Shown here: piece by piece, positions 19,509 through 29,560 of the stretch | How the letters are laid out: each line of letters opens with the position of its first letter | Numbering within the stretch: the stretch's first letter is position 1 | DNA from: a virus | Reading direction: 5' to 3' (one strand) | Virus record (IMG/VR): IMGVR_UViG_3300036766_000678 | Coordinates: 1 to 64,000 of that record | DNA: 64,000 bases | Program-made: the position numbers and the translations under genes | Notes under the pieces: generated by a model | Told to the model about the DNA's origin: nothing | Seen by the model: the letters and a program-made list of their open reading frames with translations, nothing else | Database searches by the model: none

Positions 19509-20486
19509 TTAAATTAACCTTATAAATTCAACTTTATCTTGAAAGGACTTTATATCATTTGCACCAGCATATGTAATACCACTTCGTAAAGATCCAGAAT
19601 AATATTCCAAAAGAGTTTTAACTTCTTCTCCAACTTCTAACATTCGAACACCACCTTCAGCACATGTACCAGCTTTAAGCCCACCTTTCCATTGTTCCTG
19701 AACCCACTCACTTGCCATTCCAGCATATAATTTCTTTCCATCAATTATTGGGGAAGCACTTTCAGGGCATTGGGCAAAAATCATACCTGCCATAGCAGAG
19801 TTTGCCCCCGCTGCTATAACTTTTGTAAAATCAGATCCATTCTTTATACCACCACAACTTATAATAGGAATTCCCAATTGTCTTGAACGTTCTTTGAACT
19901 TAATAATGGCTGAAAATTGCTTCTCTGTGCAACCAGCCGTATCTTTTGTTTCACACGCAAAACCCTGAGCAATACCCACTTTTAATGCGTCACAAAAATC
20001 AGCTACTTCTTCAAGCATATCAATATTAGTGGTGTTCCCTAATACTACCTTAATATGAGAAAATTTTTGTTTGAGTGCTCTACCAATTTCAATCACTGTA
20101 TCTGCATACCCATGAGCAATGTCTACAAATAAAATGTTGGCCCCGTATTGAACTAACTTACAAGCAATTTCAAACTCATCGTTACCTACACCAATAGAAG
20201 TTGCTACTTCAGCGCAATGCTGAGAAATAGCAATTACATCTTGCATTCTCTCATTTACGTCTTTAGCCCTATGCAAAACTCCAAAAGCACCTAAATTATG
20301 AAGTTCCACATAAAATTCAGGATTTATTACGGTACTCATATTCGCGGCAATAAGAGGAATTGGCCTAATTAATCCTTTAATAATTTCCGAAGATACATCA
20401 ACGTCAAGTCTGGATTTGCATATATTCTTTTTTTGTTTTATAGCAATAGATTCAAAACCTAAAGATTCTTCTAAAACTAAATTCAT
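19509..20486 (-). CDS. IMP dehydrogenase/GMP reductase family protein (no CBS domain)
   Basis: IAANM, VDIAHG, KVGIAQGFAC, CGGI, YAGMAS, LRSGITYAGA. Confidence 0.85.
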   Translation of the reverse strand: MNLVLEESLGFESIAIKQKKNICKSRLDVDVSSEIIKGLIRPIPLIAANMSTVINPEFYVELHNLGAFGVLHRAKDVNERMQDVIAISQHCAEVATSIGVGNDEFEIACKLVQYGANILFVDIAHGYADTVIEIGRALKQKFSHIKVVLGNTTNIDMLEEVADFCDALKVGIAQGFACETKDTAGCTEKQFSAIIKFKERSRQLGIPIISCGGIKNGSDFTKVIAAGANSAMAGMIFAQCPESASPIIDGKKLYAGMASEWVQEQWKGGLKAGTCAEGGVRMLEVGEEVKTLLEYYSGSLRSGITYAGANDIKSFQDKVEFIRLI

Positions 20487-20496
20487 TTATTTATCC

Positions 20497-20832
20497 TCAT
20501 TTCTTCGTGTCATCATCGTGGGCTTTCTGCATATGAAACCCCATTTTTAGCCAAACGATATACATATATGTAGAAATTTTAAGAAGGTCTTTTTCTCTGT
20601 GGAAATTTTGAAAGCGGCACAAATATTTCACGCAGGTCTTAAGCACCCATTTTAATTCATCCTCTCCAGGCTTTTCCCATAGTTTTGAAATAAGATCTGT
20701 TGCTTCCATATCGTTGAAGCCCTCAAGTTTATATTTATCTCCACCATGGATGAATTGTTGCCCAACCAAATCTGAAAATTTCTTATAGAATTTAGTTTTG
20801 GTTTTTACAGTAGTATTATATATTTTTCTCAT
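20497..20832 (-). CDS. DUF3310-like protein
   Basis: HGGDKY...KYLCRF...KDLLKISTY. Confidence 0.4.
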   Translation of the reverse strand: MRKIYNTTVKTKTKFYKKFSDLVGQQFIHGGDKYKLEGFNDMEATDLISKLWEKPGEDELKWVLKTCVKYLCRFQNFHREKDLLKISTYMYIVWLKMGFHMQKAHDDDTKK

Positions 20833-20927
20833 ATTTTACCTTTCACGTCTAGATCCTTTCGGTCCCCAACAACACATTTGATTGTCACAATGGGTCTTGT
20901 CATCTTTACCATGATTATTATCATGTT

Positions 20928-21149
20928 TCATGATTCAATATCCTCACTAGATTTTGGATTAGCAGTGTTCTTAGAACTAAATTTAAATTTCAAACAACCA
21001 CAAGCTTTATGTGGAATTTCAGGATTTACCCAACCCCTATATCCTTCTTTTCCTACAGGTACAGTAGCGGAACATTTCTTAAGTTTAAAGTGATAACTAG
21101 ATTCATGGTTACAAAAACAAATTGAATACATCCCGTAAATCTTTTTCAT
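20928..21149 (-). CDS. Small Cys/His protein resembling the family knuckle but lacking the NLEYLE tail
   Basis: CFCNHESSYH ... CGCLKFK. Confidence 0.55.
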   Translation of the reverse strand: MKKIYGMYSICFCNHESSYHFKLKKCSATVPVGKEGYRGWVNPEIPHKACGCLKFKFSSKNTANPKSSEDIES

Positions 21150-21682
21150 TTAAACAAACCTATAAATTGACGTTTCAATAATTTCAACCATTTTAAGACA
21201 ATCCCTTGTTCTATTCTCCAGCAAATACGTCTAAATCTTGTTCCATATTTTCGAATAATGGCTTCCGCAGCTTCTTTCTCAGTTTCATATACATCGTCTA
21301 CCTCAATTCGTCCAACTGAGATACCTAAAGTTGGATGAATTCGTATTATCGGTAAAAATAAGGCATAACGTGCAAAGCCAATCTCAAATTTAACTCCCTC
21401 AGATTCAGTCCATCCAGCCAAATCTATCAAAATATGGGATTTTCGTATAAGATCTTTATCTTCCTTCCAATAATATCTAAGTGCCTCATCTGATATTTGT
21501 TTTAAAATTTTCTTGGAGGGGATTATATTTTCCTTAGAAACAGGAGAATTTAGTTTAATTCCATAGGAACCAAATAATTTGCTTGCTCTTTCATTTCTAT
21601 CAAATATCTCTTTACGAGAAAGTCCTGTCATGGGTTGGCACAAATAGGCACTTACATCAATTTTAAATAGCCAACTAAACAT
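21146..21682 (-). CDS. Nucleoside 2-deoxyribosyltransferase-like protein
   Basis: AYLCQPM, DKDLIRKSHILI, SEGVKFEIGFA. Confidence 0.65.
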   Translation of the reverse strand: MFSWLFKIDVSAYLCQPMTGLSRKEIFDRNERASKLFGSYGIKLNSPVSKENIIPSKKILKQISDEALRYYWKEDKDLIRKSHILIDLAGWTESEGVKFEIGFARYALFLPIIRIHPTLGISVGRIEVDDVYETEKEAAEAIIRKYGTRFRRICWRIEQGIVLKWLKLLKRQFIGLFK

Positions 21683-22008
21683 TATCTAAAATCTCCAGAA
21701 CCTTGGATCTTATTTCTAGCTTGTCTTGACTCTAATTTCTTCTTGTTCATATCAAGTATAATACTCATAGGCACACCAAGTTCATCTGCAAGACGATTCA
21801 AGACCCACTGACAATCTCCAATTTCTAACAATAATTTCTCTAATCGTTCAGGAGAAAGAATACCTTTATTATCTCGAATTGCTTTGGAAATAACTCCACA
21901 TGCTTCACCCGCTTCCTCCCCTAGAGAAAGACCAAGATAGTTTAAGGCATCTCCTTTTGGATAAATAGCTGTGGATCTTGTGAATTCCTGAAAATCGTCA
22001 ATTGTCAT
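21682..22008 (-). CDS. MazG-like nucleotide pyrophosphohydrolase
   Basis: LGEEAGE...EIGDCQW...NKKKLESR. Confidence 0.85.
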   Translation of the reverse strand: MTIDDFQEFTRSTAIYPKGDALNYLGLSLGEEAGEACGVISKAIRDNKGILSPERLEKLLLEIGDCQWVLNRLADELGVPMSIILDMNKKKLESRQARNKIQGSGDFR

Positions 22009-22036
22009 ATCTTCACCTCTCTATATATATTATATA

Positions 22037-24589
22037 CTATTTTGTTGTATTTTCAACCACATTTTGCACATTGTTGTTTACTTTAATTTCCTCAAGATCT
22101 GCCCAATTTGGTCCTACCTTAAATTCTGCCTTAAGAGGAACTTGTATTCCTAGAATTCTTCTTTCCATCTCTTCTTTCATAATCTTTAAAGATTGATCTA
22201 GCTCTGCTTTAGGAATTTCCATATACACAGCATCATGTACGAGGTTACGAAGTTTACCATGCAATCCTAATTCTTTAAACTTCATAATAATTCGATTGGC
22301 TGCATTAGTTGTATAATCAGATGCAGCTCCTTGGATAGGAGAAGAAATTGCTGCTTGTTCATCCATATATGCTATCTTATTATCCTGATTATTTATACCC
22401 GCGAGATGCCGAACACGGCCAAAAATACTTCTCACAAACCCATTTCGTTTTCCCTGTTTAACAATATTATATCTCCATTGTTTGGCTACGGGATAACGAT
22501 TAAAAAATGTATCTTGAACATGTTTTGCATATTCTACAGTAACATTATGATCTTTAGCAAGCTTATCTGCTCCCATTGAAAACATCGTTCCGAAGACGAT
22601 TGATTTAGCTGCTTGTCGTTGTTCTTTAGTAACCTGATCCATTGGAATTTTATCGGCTAGAGAAGCAATAAATTTATGAATATCCAATCCATCATTTAAA
22701 TCTTTAACTAATTGCGGATCATTTGAATAAATACCCCAAAAACGGAATTCTGCTTGCGCGGAGTCGGCTTCAACCAACACATTTCCATCTTCAACAGTAA
22801 ACATTCCTTTTATTCGTTTATCTCCTTTGGGAATGTTCTGTAAATTTGGATTTCTACTACTCAGACGGCCAGATTCTGTTCCTTCTTGTAAAAACTTTGT
22901 ATGGAGCTTATCATTGTCATCAAGTTCTTCTTCAATACCTAAAATATAAGTTCTAAGAAGCTTTGCTATTCCTCGATATTCTACAATCTTCATTGGTACA
23001 GGATGTTTATCTTTCAAAAGTGTCATAGCCTCTTCATCGGTACAAGGAGCACCCTTTTTAGTTTGTTTAACAATAGGCAATTTCAAATCTTCAAATAATA
23101 ATTTGGCTAATTGTTTAGGAGAGTCTAAATCCACATCTCCAATCAAAGCTTTTAATTCAGCTTCTTTAGCAGCCATTTCCTGTTGTAGTTCTTCTTTAGC
23201 TTTATTCAATGCAATTCGATCTATCTTATACCCCTCGAATTCAGTGATGGTTAAAGTATGATTAAGGGGCATAACCAAACGTTCAAATAAATTAATCATT
23301 CCTTCTTTTTCAATTAAAGGAAGAAATATTTGCTTAAGTTGAAAGGTAACATCTGCGTCGATTGCACTGTATTTGTATAAAATAGATTCTGGTACTCTAG
23401 CATAATTTCTATTTTTATCTGCTGACATTCCATTGGCATCAAACCATTCTTCCAACTCTTTATCATACTCACCCATCTTTGTATATTGAAGAGCCATATC
23501 TTTAAGTCCATGTTGACCCTTAGCGGTCTCATGAAGGAGGTAATGCATAAGCAAAGTATCATGGGCTAAAGGTTTAAGATTCCAACCCTTTTGAAGAAAG
23601 AACTTGTCATCGAATTTCCCGTTCTGTGCTATACGGGGAATATCCGAAGTCATAATCGCTAACAGATTCATCATGATATATTGCTGTTTTTCTTTCCACC
23701 AAGGCTCGTAGGAATCTTCAGTATATTTTGTAACGACTTCAATTTGTTTAACTTCCGTTATACCTTTTCGTCTTACTTTCTTATCTTTAATTTCAATTTT
23801 CTCTCTCTCAATTCCAATCCACTTAGTAAGTGGTAGCACTACAGCGGTTCCAGCTTGCCATGAAAAACTTATGCAAAGAATGTTATCTTTCTGCCAATTA
23901 AATCCAGAAGTTTCAATATCATAAGCAAATTCTTTTACCTGCATTATTCGTTCGTAGAAAGCATCGAATTTTTCAATTGTGTCAATTACAATATAATTAC
24001 CTTCTTGTTGTGGTGTCATTTCTTTAAATTGACTGCTTTCCCATATTCGTTTAAAATCCTGCACAACAACTTCTTCAAGTGAGGGTGTCCTTAAAACAGC
24101 ACTTGGATGAAATGTCGGAATACATTTAACATTATAATCCTTTAACCAAATTTCCTTTCCTCTGTAGTCACTTATTGTCGCTTTTTTATCGTTAAGTAAA
24201 ATTCTCAAAGCAACATTACCAACTGGAACAATGATGTTAGGTTTTACCATCTCAATTTCAATTTTTAAATACGGCAAACAGGTATTCATTTCATCCCAAC
24301 TTGGTGGTCTAAACCCATCTACTGTCTTGAGGCGAGGAAAACACCTACAAGTATTACTTAAAAATACTTGAGATCTATGCAACCCAGCCCTAGACATTAA
24401 ACTATCAAGCTTCTTTCCAGCCTTTCCGACAAATGGAGTTCCAGATAAAGATTCATTTTCTCCAGGAGCTTCGCCTATTACCATTATAGAACAAGGAACT
24501 GACCCAATACCATTTACCACCTTGTCTTTCTCACAACGCAGTTCAGATAAAGGACATTTATTACAAACTCCATTATTTAAATTAATCAT
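22037..24589 (-). CDS. polA: Family A DNA polymerase with N-terminal family-4-like uracil-DNA glycosylase and 3'-5' exonuclease domains
   Basis: UDG: CNKC, GEAPGENE, HPSA; exonuclease: YDIETSG, QNGKFD, YSAID; polymerase: GRLSS.NPNLQNIP, DSAQAEFR, KSIVFG, VHD. Confidence 0.92.
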   Translation of the reverse strand: MINLNNGVCNKCPLSELRCEKDKVVNGIGSVPCSIMVIGEAPGENESLSGTPFVGKAGKKLDSLMSRAGLHRSQVFLSNTCRCFPRLKTVDGFRPPSWDEMNTCLPYLKIEIEMVKPNIIVPVGNVALRILLNDKKATISDYRGKEIWLKDYNVKCIPTFHPSAVLRTPSLEEVVVQDFKRIWESSQFKEMTPQQEGNYIVIDTIEKFDAFYERIMQVKEFAYDIETSGFNWQKDNILCISFSWQAGTAVVLPLTKWIGIEREKIEIKDKKVRRKGITEVKQIEVVTKYTEDSYEPWWKEKQQYIMMNLLAIMTSDIPRIAQNGKFDDKFFLQKGWNLKPLAHDTLLMHYLLHETAKGQHGLKDMALQYTKMGEYDKELEEWFDANGMSADKNRNYARVPESILYKYSAIDADVTFQLKQIFLPLIEKEGMINLFERLVMPLNHTLTITEFEGYKIDRIALNKAKEELQQEMAAKEAELKALIGDVDLDSPKQLAKLLFEDLKLPIVKQTKKGAPCTDEEAMTLLKDKHPVPMKIVEYRGIAKLLRTYILGIEEELDDNDKLHTKFLQEGTESGRLSSRNPNLQNIPKGDKRIKGMFTVEDGNVLVEADSAQAEFRFWGIYSNDPQLVKDLNDGLDIHKFIASLADKIPMDQVTKEQRQAAKSIVFGTMFSMGADKLAKDHNVTVEYAKHVQDTFFNRYPVAKQWRYNIVKQGKRNGFVRSIFGRVRHLAGINNQDNKIAYMDEQAAISSPIQGAASDYTTNAANRIIMKFKELGLHGKLRNLVHDAVYMEIPKAELDQSLKIMKEEMERRILGIQVPLKAEFKVGPNWADLEEIKVNNNVQNVVENTTK

Positions 24590-25433
24590 TTAATTTTTTA
24601 GAGCGTTTTGCTGCCCCTTTAGCACTCTTTTTCTTATGGTCTTGAATTGTTAATGGCTGAAGATTAGTGAAATGAACTGCTTTTTTAAATTGGCTTCTTT
24701 TAGTTAAATCAAATTCCCAGAGTTCTTTTATATGATCTAATTGCCAATAACTACCATAGTTATTCCAAGTCATTTTTCCATAAAACTTTTCCTGAATATA
24801 TGCTATAAAAAATTCCATGGAACAACCTAAATCTTTAATCGCAGAACCAGATTTATAAATATCTCTAATTGAACAATAAAGCCTAGTTCTTAAAATGCAT
24901 TTTAATTTAAATGCAAGATCTAATTTTATTTTTCTACGTACATAGTCTCTAGCATCCCTCGTAATTTTCTTTTTATTCTTTTGTTTCCATGCTTTATGTA
25001 CTTTTAAAATTTTATTTTTATGAATAAAATAATATCGTCTTTTCTTTAATTTAATTTTTCTTTTATTCAACTTATCATATCTCTTACGGTATATTTTCAT
25101 TTTCTTTTTATTTTTTCTAATATATTGTTTCACGTATAACTCACGACACTTTATGCACATGCGAGTTATTTTTCCTACTTTTAAAGTGTCATGACCATTT
25201 TTGCAAAATTGTTTTAATACTCTGCCTTTAGATTTAATATTAAATTCCTTTAAAATTCTTCTAACAGAATGAGTACAAATATAAAAACGCTTTGCTAATT
25301 CTCGCAAAGACTTATTAACTTTGGTTCCTGCTTTTGATTTGATCCACTTCCTAAATATTTTAATTTCAGTCTTTCGTATCATATTGTTATCTCCTTGTAA
25401 AATATAAAAACATAATGTGTCTCTATGTAACAC
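24582..25433 (-). CDS. Free-standing HNH-type homing endonuclease (probable start MIRK at 25382)
   Basis: DLGCSMEFF...MTWNNYG..WQLDHI...HFTNLQPL; one FCKNGH..CxxC module. Confidence 0.8.
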   Translation of the reverse strand: MLHRDTLCFYILQGDNNMIRKTEIKIFRKWIKSKAGTKVNKSLRELAKRFYICTHSVRRILKEFNIKSKGRVLKQFCKNGHDTLKVGKITRMCIKCRELYVKQYIRKNKKKMKIYRKRYDKLNKRKIKLKKRRYYFIHKNKILKVHKAWKQKNKKKITRDARDYVRRKIKLDLAFKLKCILRTRLYCSIRDIYKSGSAIKDLGCSMEFFIAYIQEKFYGKMTWNNYGSYWQLDHIKELWEFDLTKRSQFKKAVHFTNLQPLTIQDHKKKSAKGAAKRSKKLND

Positions 25434-25448
25434 AATTTAGTTATATTT

Positions 25449-25625
25449 TTACAAGGAGTCCTTTGGAAAATTCTTTCTAATAAAGTCCCATCTCTTCTTA
25501 AAATATTCCTGTTGGCATAGTTTACAATTACCAGCTTTAGTTCTACCGACTATACTAATATCATGCCCTTTAGAACAAAACTCACTTACTCCCTTTTTAT
25601 TTTTACTACCTTTAAGTCTAGACAT
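25449..25625 (-). CDS. 58-aa stand-alone FCxxGH..CxxC module protein (not in track)
   Basis: MSRLKGSKNKKGVSEFCSKGHDISIVGRTKAGNCKLC... Confidence 0.6.
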   Translation of the reverse strand: MSRLKGSKNKKGVSEFCSKGHDISIVGRTKAGNCKLCQQEYFKKRWDFIRKNFPKDSL

Positions 25626-25803
25626 TGTTATCTATCCTTTTGTCATATTCATTCTCTAAGTATTTCAAGTTATCGGGATTATAATTACTACATTCACAAG
25701 CCCAAACTGCACATGATTCACCTTCATGTTCCCATAAGTTAGGAACATGGTTGATTCTAGAATGGCCGCATTTACAGGGTACTTTAAGCTTGCTTTTTGT
25801 CAT
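25618..25803 (-). CDS. NLEYLE-family small Cys/His protein
   Basis: CKCGHSRINH ... CECSNYNPDNLKYLENEYDK. Confidence 0.8.
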   Translation of the reverse strand: MTKSKLKVPCKCGHSRINHVPNLWEHEGESCAVWACECSNYNPDNLKYLENEYDKRIDNNV

Positions 25804-26038
25804 ATAGGTATTCTAAATATTCAAGATTATCTTCTGGTATAAATTCTTTACAATCACACCCATGATCTGTTAAGGGGTCGCATTGTCCATTATTTGGCAA
25901 TAGTCTAACAGAAGCTCCAGTATTAAAATGATACATATAGAAATGACCACAAATACGACAACAATCTAGATCATCAGATGTAACTAAGTTTATACCAAAA
26001 ATCTTACCTATTTGTCCGTTTATCATATAAATATTCAA
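25784..26038 (-). CDS. NLEYLE-family small Cys/His protein
   Basis: CRICGHFYMYH ... CDCKEFIPEDNLEYLEYLYDK. Confidence 0.8.
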   Translation of the reverse strand: MNIYMINGQIGKIFGINLVTSDDLDCCRICGHFYMYHFNTGASVRLLPNNGQCDPLTDHGCDCKEFIPEDNLEYLEYLYDKKQA

Positions 26039-26183
26039 TAATAGAAAGAGGATCTAAATTAAAATTCCAACACATTTCATTTACTGTAATAATTCTTTTC
26101 TCAGCTTTGTCTTTACAATCTAAACAACCTAAGCTACAATGTCTTTTACCCCAATGACTACACCTACAATATAAGTCAATCAT
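26004..26183 (-). CDS. Divergent NLEYLE-family protein (59 aa, not in track)
   Basis: MIDLYCRCSHWGKRHCSLGCLDC...CWNFNLDPLSIIEYLYDK. Confidence 0.6.
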   Translation of the reverse strand: MIDLYCRCSHWGKRHCSLGCLDCKDKAEKRIITVNEMCWNFNLDPLSIIEYLYDKRTNR

Positions 26184-26556
26184 TTCTTCTTCTTCTTCTT
26201 TGGAGGATATACGGGCTCATTATTTGCGTCATGAAAACTAAAATTAAAAGCTTTAAGTATCTTATTGACCTTCTTATCCTTATACCCCACTGTTGCAAAA
26301 TAATAAGCTACCATGGAATAAAAAGCTTGATATTGATCCAACGGAACTTCAATAGCAGTATTATCTATTGTAACTATCTTTGTTTTCTTTTGCTGTGGAA
26401 TAGCTTCTGTAGGTTTAGCAGGTTCAACCATTTTCTTTCTATTAGCCATAATCGCTTCAAGAGGAGTAGTAAAATCTCCAATGTCACTAACCTCTTTAGT
26501 AATAGAAGCTAATATTTCAGGAGGAATGTGGCTGATTGCCTTTTTTTCAAAATCAC

Positions 26557-26772
26557 TCACTTATTACTCCTTTCATAAAATTGTTCTAAATATTCTAAAT
26601 TATTGTATTTAAATTTATCGCAATGAATATTATAACTAGGAGGAAACCCATATCTTTTTCCTTGACATTCCCAACATCTTCCTTCCCATAATCCTGAAAC
26701 AGGATCTGAATAAACATGACTAGCTTTCATATGATTACAAATAAGACAAAGTGTACCTAAAGAAATCTTCAT
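26557..26772 (-). CDS. NLEYLE-family small Cys/His protein
   Basis: CLICNHMKASH..CWEC ... CDKFKYNNLEYLEQFYE. Confidence 0.8.
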   Translation of the reverse strand: MKISLGTLCLICNHMKASHVYSDPVSGLWEGRCWECQGKRYGFPPSYNIHCDKFKYNNLEYLEQFYERSNK

Positions 26773-27229
26773 TTCTTATTAACGTCTATGCAATCCAATA
26801 TATCTGGGCAGACTTCAATAAGCTTCTCAAGTGTACTTATTGTCTTAGCAACAAGCTTACTAACAGGATCAGCCAAAAGTATTGCACAATCCGAGCAATC
26901 TATAGTTTCTTCATAATCTTTTGCATTTGGATCGACAAGGGCTCTCACTATCGGAAAGGATTCCATAGGTTGAAGAAGCTCAATTCGTCTATAGAGATAA
27001 AAGCCATCTACTGAATTTTTCTGATAGGGCAATTCTGGATAAAGGACGGGGTAGGGACATTCGACCGTGTACAAAAATTCCGAACCTACCGCAGCTATAG
27101 GATCGGCTATGCCAATCCCATTGTAATCTACTGGAGTAAACAAATCTCTCCTATCTCCTTCAGTATACACTTTAGGAGTTTTCATTTTCTTCAATAAAAG
27201 ACGAGCAAGATCATCTGAAAGGCGGAACA

Positions 27230-27481
27230 TTATTTATCCTTATACCAAAAATACATAAATACAAAGGCAACGGTACAAAGTAATCCCCACGAATACCCCA
27301 AAAGTAAAGTGAGTTGATGAAGGTACAAACCATAGCCAATTCCACAACAATATGCAACAACCTGAATAAGCCAAGACCAAATAGATATATCTCCTACACT
27401 CTTACGCTTATAGCTTCTAATAAGTTGAGGAAAATAAGTCAATCCAAATAGTACACATGCAAGAATTCCAAAAATCATCAA
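27230..27481 (-). CDS. SemiSWEET/PQ-loop transporter
   Basis: YFPQLIRSYKRKSVGDIS; three transmembrane helices. Confidence 0.8.
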   Translation of the reverse strand: MMIFGILACVLFGLTYFPQLIRSYKRKSVGDISIWSWLIQVVAYCCGIGYGLYLHQLTLLLGYSWGLLCTVAFVFMYFWYKDK

Positions 27482-28038
27482 TCTTCCTTATCTATTTTGT
27501 TTATAATAATCTGTTTAAGTTTCATTGCCCTATCCTTCGTAGCCTGTGCTTTCTTTTTGGTTAGAAATTTACTTACCTGCTTCTTAAGTTCTTTCTCTTC
27601 ATCTAAAGTCCAAGCACTCTTTAATCTTTCTTCAATTTGATCAAGAACTAATTTATCTTTTAAAGTTTGTCTTTTTGACCGTTCTTCTTGAGTTTTCTTG
27701 TTATGGCAATCGTCACAAATTCTCTGCAAGTTTGTTTTAGGGCAGAATAAACGCCTTTTAAATTCGTTCCAGTCCTGCACCTTTCCAGATACATTTTCTA
27801 CGTCGATAACAGGCACTACATGATCTACTGAAACCAACTTGGCTGGAGTCCATTGTAGACACACCTGACATGAGTACTCTACAGCATCTACTTTATGTCT
27901 AGATCCATCCTTGGTATAACGAGGAACGGTCCTACGGCCTTCAGCTAATACTTCTCTTACTATTGGACTTCTGGAGAATATTCTTCGCCAAGCAGAACGT
28001 AAAGCTGAGTCCTCATTCCAAGTTGGTTTTTTAGACAT
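27478..28038 (-). CDS. HNH endonuclease
   Basis: CQVC...VDHVVPV...NLQRICDDCHNKKT. Confidence 0.8.
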   Translation of the reverse strand: MSKKPTWNEDSALRSAWRRIFSRSPIVREVLAEGRRTVPRYTKDGSRHKVDAVEYSCQVCLQWTPAKLVSVDHVVPVIDVENVSGKVQDWNEFKRRLFCPKTNLQRICDDCHNKKTQEERSKRQTLKDKLVLDQIEERLKSAWTLDEEKELKKQVSKFLTKKKAQATKDRAMKLKQIIINKIDKED

Positions 28039-28669
28039 TGATCTTCTCTTCTACTTTTGAAGTACTACCAATCTTAGTAACCTCAAAAACCTTTGACGAA
28101 TTTCTCGTGATTGTTTCACTATGTGACACGAGTATTAGTTGTAAGTTCAATTTCTTACATAATAGCTTTATAAACTCTGCGACTTTCTCTTGATCTTTCA
28201 CTGATACATGCTTAAAAACCTCATCGGCCACGATTATTCTGCTCAGGGAAGGAGCCCACTTAACAAGCAAACTTACACGAAGGGCAAAAGATATAATGTC
28301 ACAAATTCCTCCACCAAGGGAGTCGATTACATCAAACTCAGCTTGTAACTGTTTATCATACACAACCATCTTCAAGTCTGCGGCGTTACGTTCCGTGGAC
28401 AAATTCATTCTAAACTCAAGGTTCTTATCTTTAACTACTTGAAGTGCTTCCGTTACAATTCCACTAATCTTGTCTAAGACATTTATCCTTGTAATATCCG
28501 ATAGGCTTTGCAAAAAGAGACTTGTCTTAGTTGAAAGATCTTCCTTTCGTTCCAGCTCATTGATCTGACCTTGGCATACATTTAATCGGCTGCAGAAGGC
28601 TTGTAGCATTCCTTGTTTTTGATCAAATGAACTTTTAAGACTATTAAATTGTTGAGTGAGATTTGTCAT
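28031..28669 (-). CDS. sbcC: SbcC/Rad50 C-terminal ATPase half
   Basis: Coiled coil then signature-like SLGGG, Walker B IIVADE, H-loop LVSH; no Walker A. Confidence 0.8.
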   Translation of the reverse strand: MTNLTQQFNSLKSSFDQKQGMLQAFCSRLNVCQGQINELERKEDLSTKTSLFLQSLSDITRINVLDKISGIVTEALQVVKDKNLEFRMNLSTERNAADLKMVVYDKQLQAEFDVIDSLGGGICDIISFALRVSLLVKWAPSLSRIIVADEVFKHVSVKDQEKVAEFIKLLCKKLNLQLILVSHSETITRNSSKVFEVTKIGSTSKVEEKINV

Positions 28670-28862
28670 ATAAATATTCTAGTAATTCAAGATTACCACG
28701 AGGTTCATAATTAGAACATCCTTCTTTAAGAGGCTGTAATAAAAATCTAGTACAAAATACACATGTAGGATCTACAATATCTTCACTATACCATCTGTGA
28801 GTACAATCACAATTTTTGCACAAATATTTTCTATATACTGCACTAGCATACATTGTTGTCAT
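28644..28862 (-). CDS. NLEYLE-family small Cys/His protein
   Basis: CKNCDCTH..CVFC ... CSNYEPRGNLELLEYLYDK. Confidence 0.75.
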   Translation of the reverse strand: MTTMYASAVYRKYLCKNCDCTHRWYSEDIVDPTCVFCTRFLLQPLKEGCSNYEPRGNLELLEYLYDKSHSTI

Positions 28863-28866
28863 AATC

Positions 28867-29121
28867 TTAAATTTTAGAAATCTCTTCTAGTATGCCATTT
28901 ATCTTAGTCTCTAGCTCAGTCATTTCTAATTGCAAAGTAGCTTCTTCATTTGCCAACGTTTCTTCGATCTTATCCGATTGTAACCCCAATTGATTACATT
29001 CTTCTAATAGCTTTGTCTTTTCATGTTCTAACATACTAAGTTTAGTTGAATTTTCTACTTTTAATCGGCCCAATTGTTCACCTTTACTCTTTAAATCTAA
29101 TAATTGTTGTTCTAAGTTCAT
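28867..29121 (-). CDS. Coiled-coil protein, possibly part of the SbcC arm
   Basis: Continuous heptad pattern; lies among the SbcCD parts. Confidence 0.5.
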   Translation of the reverse strand: MNLEQQLLDLKSKGEQLGRLKVENSTKLSMLEHEKTKLLEECNQLGLQSDKIEETLANEEATLQLEMTELETKINGILEEISKI

Positions 29122-29309
29122 ATTTTTCTCCTATAATAACAATATTCTAAGTATTCTAAATTAGGTAACTGTCTGTAAAAGTAACAACCATAAATTTTAC
29201 AAATAGAACAAACTGAATCGCTTGTTGGCCAACATTCTCCAGAAGGTTCTTGTTTACCAGAACAGCGATCTGTATGTTTATCTTTTGAATGCTTACATTT
29301 ACAAATCAT
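29118..29309 (-). CDS. NLEYLE-family small Cys/His protein
   Basis: CKCKHSKDKH..CSIC ... LPNLEYLEYCYY. Confidence 0.8.
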   Translation of the reverse strand: MICKCKHSKDKHTDRCSGKQEPSGECWPTSDSVCSICKIYGCYFYRQLPNLEYLEYCYYRRKI

Positions 29310-29560
29310 TTCTTTTTAGCCTCATATAACTCTTCCAAGTATCTCAAATTATCCATCTTGCATGACTCACAATCACATTCACTGCATCTCCACTCATCTT
29401 GGGAACCATCAGTTAAAAACTTTGTCCAAAATTTTTCTCTATCTTGTAAACTATTTTCTTTATATCCTTCTAATTGTTTATCTAACCTATCCCAAGACTT
29501 TTTATTCATCTTAGTATGCTGTCTACTAGAATGGCCACAAATACAAATAAATTCTTTCAT
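29306..29560 (-). CDS. NLEYLE-family small Cys/His protein
   Basis: CICGHSSRQH ... CSECDCESCKMDNLRYLEELYE. Confidence 0.8.
   Translation of the reverse strand: MKEFICICGHSSRQHTKMNKKSWDRLDKQLEGYKENSLQDREKFWTKFLTDGSQDEWRCSECDCESCKMDNLRYLEELYEAKKK

Noticed and set aside
19509-24589. Definite modified-base (Z or 7-deazaguanine) pathway
   Set aside because: No signature synthetase or transglycosylase genes were seen in this window.
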